Assembly (NCBI GenBank): GCA_001275005.1
Contig: JWZX01002939.1
Coordinates: 1-38,918 of the forward strand
Origin: Chrysochromulina tobinii
Lineage: Eukaryota
Direction of reading: 5' to 3'
Length of the DNA stretch: 38,918 bases
This document shows positions 28,580-37,522 of this stretch, piece by piece (the stretch's first letter is position 1; each line of letters opens with the position of its first letter). The notes below the pieces were generated by a model. It saw nothing but the letters and a program-made list of their open reading frames with translations. It was not told the origin of the DNA and did no database searches. The translations under genes and the position numbers were made by a program.

Positions 28580-29409
28580 ACCGTCGTAGAAATTTGACGA
28601 TAGTGGACATCAGAGCGCCGCGTCTGCGGTCGGTCTCCCCTGCTCCGGGCGGCGGCCCGCCGCGAGGCTCGTAGCCGCCCCTTTTCGCAGAACTCTGACC
28701 TCTGGTGTACACCGAGGGTGGGCCGACTGGGCAGGTGAGGAACAGTGACTGTCGGCGGAAGGGCGCAAGGCTGTATTAGCTTTTTAAGTGTGCGCCCAGT
28801 GCGCGCGCGCGTGGCCGCGCTTCGCTCTCGGCTGAACGGCTCGCGGACTCCTCTGACCCGGGAGCGTGAGACCGTGAGCGCCGGCGCTTACCCTTAGCGG
28901 GCCCGGGGAGCGGGGTCCGCGCGGGGGGCGGGCGGCCGCCAAGCGCCAAATAAACAATAAAGGCCCTCCATTGGCCCTCTCGATTGGCCCTCCCGCGGCG
29001 CGGGACGGCTGTCAGTGCGGCCGCGGCCCGCCTGAGCGCTGAGGAGTGAGGTACGCGCAATGTGAGCCGTGTCGGAATGATGTCGGAACCGACGCGGAGG
29101 CAACGATCCAAGCGTTGGGAGGCGCCCGGCGCCCTTACGGCGCCCATAACTGTCATTAATTCATACAGATTCAACCATGACAATTGACATTCATACCTCG
29201 ACGAGCTTAACCTTAAGACGAGCTATTTATACAATAGGACCCGTATTAAGAGCTATTGAGGTATGTAACTATCGTATAGCGAACAGTTCCTATGATTCAT
29301 AGTACATATTTTTCCGACTGATTTCCTTCATCAGCGAAATTGCGTGTGGTGTGAACAGGCGACGAGTTGGTGTAAATTCATAATGAACTTGGCGTGGGCG
29401 ACGTGTGAG

Positions 29410-30558
29410 ATGCGCTCGGCTTGCCTCCTCTTCGCCACGCTACCTTTTCGGCGGCCGCCGTTGGCCATGCAGCGTCGACTCGTGCACCCATGGCTCAGTC
29501 TCGAAGCCGTGAACCGCGAGCCGACTGGTCCATCGAGTCTTCAACAACTTCCAGACTTCAAGGGCCCAGCGCGGCTGCTCAAGGAGGCCTACAAAGCGAG
29601 TCAGCTAGTCGAGCCCAATCCAAAAATCCAAAACGCTCAGAAGCGCGCAGCGAAGCACGCTACGCAAACGATCGATGCGTACGCCACCGAATTGTCGGTC
29701 AACTTGCGCGAGCAACTCAAAACGTTTCGCGAGGTGATGGGCGCGCTGCCACCATTTGAGAGCCAGCTAGCAAGCCTGACGCTGGCGGCCCTGGAGCGCG
29801 ACGGTGGTCGGTCGCTACGCGATGTCGAGGCTGACTTTGACCTCCTGCGGCGCGCTGTTGTGAGAACCGGCAAGGCCGCGACCGCCGAGGCCTCCAAGGC
29901 ATCGTCGTTTTTCGAGGCTAAGGAGCTCATGGAGGCAGGCATCAAGTCGGTGGAGGATGTGTTCAACGAGCAGCGAGAGGCGTTGGATGAGCTGATTCAG
30001 ACGGTGGGCAAGCTACGGCGGCTACCGCGGCCCGTCGCTGGCGAGCCCGTCCTCGTGCTTGTCGGGATGCCCAACGTGGGCAAGTCCTCTCTGGTGACGG
30101 CCACCTCGACTGGCACGCCTGAGATCAGCAACTATCCGTTCACCACACGGCAGCTCAAATTGGGACACGTCATCGGGGTGCAGGGACGCTACCAGGTGAT
30201 GGACACACCTGGATTGCTCGCGCGCACCGAGGACGAGCGCAACCCGATGGAGGGGCTAACCCTCGCTGCTGTCGAGCACCTGCCGTCGGCGGTCGTGTAC
30301 GTCATGGACCTCTCGGGAACCAGCGGCGCTCAATCGGCACCGCTGCTGCAGCTCAGGGTGCGGGAGCAGGTACGCGAGCGATACCCGGGCCGCCCGTGGC
30401 TCGATGTGCGCACGAAAGCCGACTTGCCCCTCGCGGACGAGGTGCTGCCCGAGGCAGTGCCTCATGGGACTCTCGACGTGTCGGTCATTGATGGCACCAA
30501 CGTGGCGCTGCTCAAAAGACGGATGGCGCAGCTCGTGGGCGACCGGGGCGGAAGCTGA
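29410..30558 (+). CDS. Short NOG1-like (OBG-family) GTPase, possibly organelle-targeted
   Basis: Helical N-domain (LPPFE); G1 GMPNVGKSS, G2 YPFTT, G3 DTPGLL, RNPME, DLSG, G4 TKAD. Ends soon after the G domain. Start uncertain (ATG 29383, 29410 or a later one). Confidence 0.85.
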   Translation: MRSACLLFATLPFRRPPLAMQRRLVHPWLSLEAVNREPTGPSSLQQLPDFKGPARLLKEAYKASQLVEPNPKIQNAQKRAAKHATQTIDAYATELSVNLREQLKTFREVMGALPPFESQLASLTLAALERDGGRSLRDVEADFDLLRRAVVRTGKAATAEASKASSFFEAKELMEAGIKSVEDVFNEQREALDELIQTVGKLRRLPRPVAGEPVLVLVGMPNVGKSSLVTATSTGTPEISNYPFTTRQLKLGHVIGVQGRYQVMDTPGLLARTEDERNPMEGLTLAAVEHLPSAVVYVMDLSGTSGAQSAPLLQLRVREQVRERYPGRPWLDVRTKADLPLADEVLPEAVPHGTLDVSVIDGTNVALLKRRMAQLVGDRGGS

Positions 30559-31460
30559 TCGAGGTTCCTTACGAAGATCTCATAGAATCCTACCGTGGAC
30601 TGTGCGGTTGAGACGATGCGGAGGTGATCACTCGGACGCCCGGCCCGGGGTGGCGCGTTTCCGCGACCGCGTCCGGCGTGAAGGCGTGCGCCGCGTACCG
30701 CTCCTGCGGCTGCGCCGTTGTTCAACGGGGCGGCGCCCCCGCCCCGCCCCCGTCAGCCGTGTGCGAATGGCGTGTGCACTGCTCTCGCCCGCTGCCGGTG
30801 TCGTATATCCTCGGGTTGACGAAGTCAGGGGTCCACTTAAGGGGTCCTCCGCTGAAACTTCGACATTGACGTTCATCGCGCGTCGCGACCCGGCGCGACG
30901 GATGCATCGACGTGACACGTGTTACACCGGTCACCGGACACCGCGCGCGCGCGACCGTCGCGGTGACGCGATCGTCGGAATTTGGTCGTCACGCCCACAC
31001 CGCACGAGCGCCGATCCCCGGCGGCCTGGACGTGGACCATGGGGTCCCACGGCATGCCACCATCACCCGGCCGTCTGGTGAGGCGTGAGAGCTCTCAGCC
31101 CCGCGCCGAATCCGCGGCGAAGATGCATCCCCTGACCCGCCACCGGCCCGATCGGGGTCGGGCCACGACGGGGCGTCGCTGTTCGTCGGGTCACCGGGGT
31201 CGCATCCCGTTCGCTGTTCCTGTCAGTTCCGCCGCCCCATCCGCGAGCCCGACAGACGTTCCGCCATCCGTCTCCACCGCGCCACAGCAGGCCGAGGCTT
31301 GCTCCCCACAGCCCTTAGGTAGGCCCCTCTCCTCGGCCCGGGACCACACAAGTGCAGCAGCTGCCACACCAAAGCCATGCAGGACCGCACGCAGGGCTCG
31401 GCTGCACACATTACACGAGTACACAGAGTACTGGCGCCTGTCCCGGCCATCGCCTGAACC

Positions 31461-32555
31461 TCAGCTGCGATCATTCACCGTCCCGACGTGGCGACGGTGA
31501 GTGCACAGCGTCGACGTAGGGCTGTAATGGGCGTCAACGTACGAGTTCAATAGAATGGCGGCGGCGCCGCCAGGCAAGGCCCGAAACATCGGGTGCGGGA
31601 GCACGTTCTCCGTCAGGTAGCTGCGAGGGAGCGACGGGTAGCGAACGAGGCGAAGCAGCGCGGCGATGGCCGGGGGCGCTGGGGAGGGCTTCTGCGCCTC
31701 TATCCAGCTCGTGACTGCCTCGAAAGCGCTCTGCTCTGCGCGGATGCCGAGCGAGTCGTCGGCGAGGAGCGAGCGCAAAAGTTCCTCGGGGATCAAGCCG
31801 AACTCGGGCTGAACCCGAACCGTGTCGAAGTGGCCCCGTACCATCTGCTCTGCGGCGGCGCGCATCGTCGGCACCGAGAGTCGTACCGCGAGCTGCAGTG
31901 CGGCAATCGCAGTGCTCGGTGTGAGGCGCGCATTGAACAGGCTGAGTGACCCTTGGAGTGCGCCGTCGGCCTGCAGGTGGTGCGCCAACTCGAGGACAGG
32001 CTCAAGCAGGTTCTCGGGGAAGGTGCACTCGCCAAGGTAAAAGTAGTCGAGGAGCGCCTCGAAGGCTGCGGCCTTGCCTGGAAGCTCCACGGGTGGTGGA
32101 CGGCCGGCTGGGGACCCCGTGCCTGCTGTGGTCACGAGGCGGGCAATGAGGCCGCAACACGGTGCAATCACCTGAGATTGCGTTGCGAACGATCGCTTCT
32201 CCACCCGGAAGTTCAGGTCGGCATGCGCGCCCGTGCGCCAGTACCCGATCACGCGCGGAGGCTGAGGGACACCACCGCTCAGGGTACAGCCGCTGCTGCT
32301 CGGCTTCTTGCTCGGCGTCTTGTCGTCAGCTACGCTGCATGGCTTCGTGTCATCAGCTTCACTGCTCGATTTCGTGTCACCAGCTTCATTTTTCGGCTTC
32401 TCGTCGCCAGCTCCGCTAATCGGCTTCTTGTCGCCGGCTCCTCGAGCACGCTTCGCAGATGCAGCAGTTGGCGGCTGCACGCGCTTGCTGAGCGATTGCA
32501 AAATGTCTTTGGGGTTCGCATTTGGGTCCTGTAGACTGCGCAGGACTTCCTCCAT
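31461..32555 (-). CDS. BTB/POZ-BACK domain protein
   Basis: ADLNFRVEKRSF...AFEALLDYFYLG...VLELAHHLQ (BTB); HFDTV...EF...LLADDSL...EQSAFEAVTSWI...LLRLVRYPSL (BACK). Confidence 0.85.
   Translation of the reverse strand: MEEVLRSLQDPNANPKDILQSLSKRVQPPTAASAKRARGAGDKKPISGAGDEKPKNEAGDTKSSSEADDTKPCSVADDKTPSKKPSSSGCTLSGGVPQPPRVIGYWRTGAHADLNFRVEKRSFATQSQVIAPCCGLIARLVTTAGTGSPAGRPPPVELPGKAAAFEALLDYFYLGECTFPENLLEPVLELAHHLQADGALQGSLSLFNARLTPSTAIAALQLAVRLSVPTMRAAAEQMVRGHFDTVRVQPEFGLIPEELLRSLLADDSLGIRAEQSAFEAVTSWIEAQKPSPAPPAIAALLRLVRYPSLPRSYLTENVLPHPMFRALPGGAAAILLNSYVDAHYSPTSTLCTHRRHVGTVNDRS
32305..32440 (-). repeat. 27-bp degenerate coding repeat x5 (A-G/D-D-x-K-P...)
   Basis: GTCRYCRGCT cores recur at 27-nt spacing; AGDKKPISG/AGDEKPKNE/AGDTKSSSE/ADDTKPCSV/ADDKTP. 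Confidence 0.8.
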
Positions 32556-33022
32556 TCCCCCCGTTTGAAAGTCTCTTCATAGGCAATCTTGTATTCATAG
32601 CCAATGTTTAGAATTCGACACCCAAGACATACGCGACGCATGGCGTCGGTTGAGACATGGACAAAAAGGAACACACTAAACGCGTCAAGAACGTGCGTGC
32701 CGCTCTCATCACGCGTCACGGACAGTGTGTCTTATTTCGTGAGGCGTAGGTGCGTTTGAAAGCCTCGCACCGTCGCGAGTCTCGAAGACTCGCGTAAGAG
32801 AGAGAACTTTGTAACTTACCAAGCTACCTACACATTGGCAGGACCCCCTGATTTGCGGTGGGGGAATCCTTGAAGGGGAACAGTCGGCGTGGGAGTAAGG
32901 CGTAAGACTGGTAGACTCGCGACTCGAGCGCTACGACCGTACGAGAGTGGTGCGTGCGGTTGCTGCGTTTCTGACTCACTCACTGGGCGTGTGACTACCG
33001 TACCCGGTACGTTCTTCTGTAC

Positions 33023-35326
33023 TCATGTGTACTGAACTTTGGGTGAAGGTGGCCGCCCCTGCACCTGCAGGCGCTGCAGCACTGGGGCCGAGCGCGAGTG
33101 TGCCAAAGGTTGAGCCAAAGGTGGGGGCGAGCTCGAGTGTGCCAAAGCTGGTTTGGCCAAGATCCGCTGGGGTTGAGTCTGAAGCAGAGCCTGGCTGAGC
33201 GCTGCGCTTGGATGCCCCCAGCTTGGCGTCAGAGGCCGAGGCGGCGCCGTCAGGCCTGCGGCCGTTGGCAGAGGCGGCGCCTCACGTCCAGGTGGCTGGA
33301 CGGCAGGCGGGGCTCGATGCGAGGGCGGCGGCGCCCTTCCTGCGCCGCCAGCGTGCACGGCATTCAGCACGGCATGTCCGACCCGTACCCTGCGCGGCCG
33401 ATCGGGTACCGTGGGCGTGGGCCTATGCGGCTGAGCTCGTGCCAATGTGCCGCCGTGGGCTTGCGCCATGGTGACTTTGCAGTACCGTTTTGCGCGGCAC
33501 TGGTCGCCAATGGGATGGGTGGCGGAAAGCACGCTGCCATTGCAGACGAGCACTGTGCGCACGCGGCGCAAGCTGCTATCGATCACCCCCACGGACCCTA
33601 CGCCGTACTCGGCGTGCGCGACCGTTCGCGGCACTGCATCTGGGAAGATGGCAAGTAGGGCCTGCACGGCCGCATCAACTGAGTCCTCATCGAGGATGGC
33701 GCCAGCACCCGGATCGAGGGTAGCTGATTCAGGCGGGCCGTCCGCACCACCGCCTGTGTGCTTGCCGGCGAGCTGAAAGCGCGGGCCCGCGGGCGCGAAC
33801 ACGTAGTGGTGGGGGGCGAGTCGCTCGACGGCCAGCAGGTGGAGCCGTGTGCCGTCAGGAATTCCGGCAAGTCCCGCAGCGTCGTGATAGCGCCAAGCCC
33901 ACGCGGGCAGGTCAGCACGCGGCAGAGCACCCCTTGGCGGTGGCCCGGCGGGGAAAGTAGCAGCAGCGGTAGCAGCGGCAGCAGCGGCAGCAGCAGCAGC
34001 AGCGGGGGCAGAAGCAGCGGGGGCAGCAGCAGCAGCGGCAGCAGCAGCAGCAGCAGCAGGGGTAGCAGTGTCGGGGGCGGCAGCGGGAGAGACTGTGGGA
34101 GCGCTTGCAACGGCAGCGGCGGGAGCGCCCCAAGCGCTTGCACCAGCATGCAGTCGACCAGCGGCAGATGAGTTGTGCTCCATGCGGCGAGCTGCTGCAG
34201 GTGCCAAGACGAAGACTTCGTCACCCGGCTTTGGGAAGGCGACAGAGGCGGGGCGCGCATCGGGTTTGGCGCGGTGAAAGAGACTCAGCTTCCCGCCGCT
34301 GCCCATCGAACGCTCGACCCGGGGCGCGACGTAACGATTCCACGGCGGCCGCTGCGGCGCGTGGCGGTGGGCATCAGCCTGCAGCTGCTGATTCCTCAGC
34401 TGCGCCTGCAGCGCGCGAAGCTTCTCCATCTGCTCCTTCAGCCTCGCAGCCTCCGCCTCGGCTTTCAACCGCTCTTGCTCCGCGAGCAACCTTTTGCGCT
34501 CCGCGATCCTCCGCCTCTCTGCCTCCTTGGCCGCCTCCGCCTCCTCGCGCTCACGTCGCAAGCGCGCCTCCTCCGCGGCGAACGCGGCCGCCTCCCTTTC
34601 CCTCTCGAGGCGCGCCGCCTCCTCCGCCGCTAGCCGTGCGCGCTCGCGCTCCATCTGCTCCTTGGCGAGCTGGCGCGCTCTGAACTCTTCGGCGGTCATA
34701 CTAAGGATTCGCTTTCCCTGCCGTGCGGCCGACACGACAGCCTCCATCTCAGACATCGTGACGGAGCCGTTACCGTCCTTGTCCACTGCGGCAAACAGCC
34801 GACGCACTTCTTCATCAGACGCGCCAGCGGCCAATCCGAGGCGGCGAATGACCGTGACGAACTCCCTGATATCGACGGAGCCGTTGCCGTCCTCGTCGAG
34901 GGTGTTGAAGATCTCGAGGATGCGTGCATGGTGCTTCTTCATGATTTGGACGAGCTGCATCGGCAAATCACCAATGAAGCGCGCCATGCCGTCTTCTTCA
35001 TAGCTCGCCGCGCGCATGTCCTCTTCCTCGATAACGAGACCGCCGCGGCCGCTCGCTCTTTGAGTCTGAAAAAGTGATGCAAGCGAGCCGCCCGCCTCAA
35101 CTTGCGCTTTGATTGCAGCCAGGAGCTCATCATAGCTTATGTCGCCCGTGTTTTCTGGATCGCACTGCTCCCGCAGTGCGTTCAAATCCGCAGGCTGCAT
35201 CTCGATGCCGAGCCCGGACACTGCAGCTGAGAGGTCATCAGAGGAGATGAAGCCAACGCCGTCAGCATCTAATTTGGAGAAGATTGGCTTAAGCAGCTTG
35301 CGCAGCTCGACTTCGACTTCATCCAT
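33023..35326 (-). CDS. Four-EF-hand calcium-binding protein with E/R-rich helix and uncharacterised C-terminal region
   Basis: ATG 35326; loops DADGVGFISSDDL, DPENTGDISYDEL, DEDGNGSVDIREF, DKDGNGSVTMSEM; long E/R/A helix; poly-Ala; Pro-rich tail. Confidence 0.85.
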   Translation of the reverse strand: MDEVEVELRKLLKPIFSKLDADGVGFISSDDLSAAVSGLGIEMQPADLNALREQCDPENTGDISYDELLAAIKAQVEAGGSLASLFQTQRASGRGGLVIEEEDMRAASYEEDGMARFIGDLPMQLVQIMKKHHARILEIFNTLDEDGNGSVDIREFVTVIRRLGLAAGASDEEVRRLFAAVDKDGNGSVTMSEMEAVVSAARQGKRILSMTAEEFRARQLAKEQMERERARLAAEEAARLEREREAAAFAAEEARLRREREEAEAAKEAERRRIAERKRLLAEQERLKAEAEAARLKEQMEKLRALQAQLRNQQLQADAHRHAPQRPPWNRYVAPRVERSMGSGGKLSLFHRAKPDARPASVAFPKPGDEVFVLAPAAARRMEHNSSAAGRLHAGASAWGAPAAAVASAPTVSPAAAPDTATPAAAAAAAAAAAAPAASAPAAAAAAAAAAATAAATFPAGPPPRGALPRADLPAWAWRYHDAAGLAGIPDGTRLHLLAVERLAPHHYVFAPAGPRFQLAGKHTGGGADGPPESATLDPGAGAILDEDSVDAAVQALLAIFPDAVPRTVAHAEYGVGSVGVIDSSLRRVRTVLVCNGSVLSATHPIGDQCRAKRYCKVTMAQAHGGTLARAQPHRPTPTVPDRPRRVRVGHAVLNAVHAGGAGRAPPPSHRAPPAVQPPGREAPPLPTAAGLTAPPRPLTPSWGHPSAALSQALLQTQPQRILAKPALAHSSSPPPLAQPLAHSRSAPVLQRLQVQGRPPSPKVQYT
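33959..34059. repeat. Interrupted (GCA)n microsatellite encoding poly-Ala
   Basis: Runs of AGC/GCA, read as GCT/GCC Ala codons on the minus strand. Confidence 0.9.
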
Positions 35327-35627
35327 TGTGGCAGGCAGCAGCGCGAGCACGCGTTATGGCCCTCAGAGCAGTGCGGCCAGCTTGATTTCGGTTTGCCTCG
35401 CCTCTGCGTCTGATTCTCGAGCCTGTGTTGCTCAGAGACGCACTGGGTGTGCTGGTCCTTGCCATTTTGTGCATTGCGGCGTTTCACGAGGAAGCCGAAA
35501 CGGAGGACGCGGGAAGAGGCAAGTCAAATCATGTCCTGTCAGATACACAGATCACGCCGACGAACGTCACCAGCAAACCGTAACCAAAGGGGGGGGCTGT
35601 CTCCTTGGGACTTTCGAACTTTTTGTC

Positions 35628-37064
35628 ATGCTTGCGACATTGCTGCTCTGCGGAGCGGCCGCACGGTACCCAGAAGCCGGTCGAATGGTACCTTTCGGCA
35701 TGGCGGCGGCGCGGTCTCCGATCGTGAGGCCGCAGCCGTTTGCTCACGGCGCCATAATATCGCTCGCCATCGACGCTATGACTAGCACCGGAGATGGTGT
35801 TGGGCGGGTGGTGCTCCCAGATGACGGCGGCCTATGGGTGGTCATGGTGCCGTTCGTCATGCCTGGCGAGCGCGTTCGGGTCAAGGTAATACAAAACCAC
35901 AAGCGGCACTCAAGCGCGCGGGTTGTCGAAATCCTTGAGCCGTCGCCAGACCGCCAGCAGCCTGCGTGTTTGCTCTTTGGCCTGTGTGGAGGCTGCACGT
36001 ATCAGCACGCGCGTTACGCCACCCAGTTATCATGGAAAGCGGCGCAAGTTGCGAACATTCTGGAACGCATCGGGCGTCTCGAGCCTGCCTTCATCGAGAC
36101 CGTGGTCCAGCCGACAATCGGATCTCCCAAGCAGCTGGCGTACCGCTCGAAGCTCACACCGCACGTGCATGGCGGCGCGATGGGATTCGTGGCGTCGGAA
36201 GATCCAGCGATGCTGGTGGACGTGCCACGCTGTGAACTAGCCACGGAGCCCATCAACGATGCGCTCGTGGAAGAACGCGGCCATTACTTATCGTCGGGCA
36301 ACGTGCCCTCGCTGGCCGACACACTGCTGCTCCGTCACACTGATCGCGATGGCGTGGTGACTGACCCGAGCACGCCAATCACGGAGCAAGTCAACGGCCT
36401 GAAGCTCACGTTTTCGGCAGGTGATTTCTTCCAGAATAATCTCTTCCTACTGCCAGCACTGGTGGATTATGTCCTCGAACAGGCGCTCGGTGCAGCGCTC
36501 GGCGAATCGGGTGGTACAGATGGCTCGCCCACGCCCTCTCCCATCGAGAACTTGATCGACGCATACTGCGGTTCTGGTCTCTTTGCGCTCTCGGCCGCGG
36601 CGTCCCCGCGCCACTCGGTCCGATCGGTCGTTGGCGTGGAGGTGATGGAGAGTGCCGTCGAGGCGGCGCGAAAGAACGCTGAGGCTAACGGGCTGACCAA
36701 CGTGCGCTTTCTCGCAGCGTCTGCGGAGCGCATCTTCGAAGAGCTTCTTTTCGATGGGAGAGACGCGGCGTTGATCATCGACCCGCCGCGCAAGGGCTGC
36801 GGCACCGCCTTCCTCTCGCAGCTCGTCCGTTTTGCGCCTCGCCGACTCGTGTACGTCTCTTGCTCGCCGGACACGATGGCTCGAGACCTCATCGAGCTCC
36901 TTGGAGCCGGGTACTCGCTGAGACGATGCCAACCGTTTGACATGTTCCCTCAAACGCGACACATTGAATGTGTTGCGACGCTCGAGTGGCCGGAGTCTGG
37001 GTCGCCACCCGAGCGTCCCAGAACCCGTCGTATTGAGTCTTTGAATGTCCCAAATGTCCGATGA
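35628..37064 (+). CDS. RlmD/RumA-TrmA family RNA (uracil-5)-methyltransferase, probably organelle-targeted
   Basis: ATG 35628 with signal-like MLATLLLCGAAA; TRAM-like GDGVGR...VPFVMPGE; CLLFGLCGGC...C Fe-S motif; FFQNN, DAYCGSG, IDPPRKG, YVSC, DMFPQTRHIE. Confidence 0.92.
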   Translation: MLATLLLCGAAARYPEAGRMVPFGMAAARSPIVRPQPFAHGAIISLAIDAMTSTGDGVGRVVLPDDGGLWVVMVPFVMPGERVRVKVIQNHKRHSSARVVEILEPSPDRQQPACLLFGLCGGCTYQHARYATQLSWKAAQVANILERIGRLEPAFIETVVQPTIGSPKQLAYRSKLTPHVHGGAMGFVASEDPAMLVDVPRCELATEPINDALVEERGHYLSSGNVPSLADTLLLRHTDRDGVVTDPSTPITEQVNGLKLTFSAGDFFQNNLFLLPALVDYVLEQALGAALGESGGTDGSPTPSPIENLIDAYCGSGLFALSAAASPRHSVRSVVGVEVMESAVEAARKNAEANGLTNVRFLAASAERIFEELLFDGRDAALIIDPPRKGCGTAFLSQLVRFAPRRLVYVSCSPDTMARDLIELLGAGYSLRRCQPFDMFPQTRHIECVATLEWPESGSPPERPRTRRIESLNVPNVR

Positions 37065-37522
37065 AATCGAATAGATGGTACCCGCACGTCGGCGCCGCGC
37101 CCGCGGGTGCACCTCGGCGGCGAATGAGCCACTTTATTTCCCTTTCTCTTTCAGTGTGAGCCTGGTTTCTCACCGACAACGCCGTCACTCACACTCACAC
37201 CTTGTAATCCTCTCTTACAAGAAATGAGCTGACCTTTAATTGTGAATTTGTTATAGTAGGTCCAGGGGTCCCCGAGCTAGAGCTAGTGGTAACCGCACTT
37301 GGTGGTCCGAATTTCAACCTTGTCTGGGTGTCGAGTTATAAACATTGGCTGTGAAAAGTCCGTGTCTGTGAGCGCGGCACGCGTTGCATGTCGCGAGCAT
37401 GAGAATGAAGCGGCTGTGACGTGTGCGAGGTGTTGCCCTTCACGCTTTTGAGTTTGGTTTGTGCGTGTTGGTGTGTTGTGAATGAAAATTAACAGTCTCT
37501 TCACACCACACCTCTGCACGCG

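Noticed and set aside
29070..29325. Possible C/D snoRNA (ATGATG...CTGA)
   Set aside because: Boxes about 240 nt apart and no recognisable guide
35139..35627. N-terminal 163 aa of the 641-aa ORF
   Set aside because: Overlaps the EF-hand gene antisense and its promoter; the signal-like start at 35628 is more plausible
24590..37064. Apparent ribosome-biogenesis cluster (RPF1, NOG1-like, RlmD-like)
   Set aside because: Interspersed with unrelated genes and probably acting in different compartments; likely coincidence
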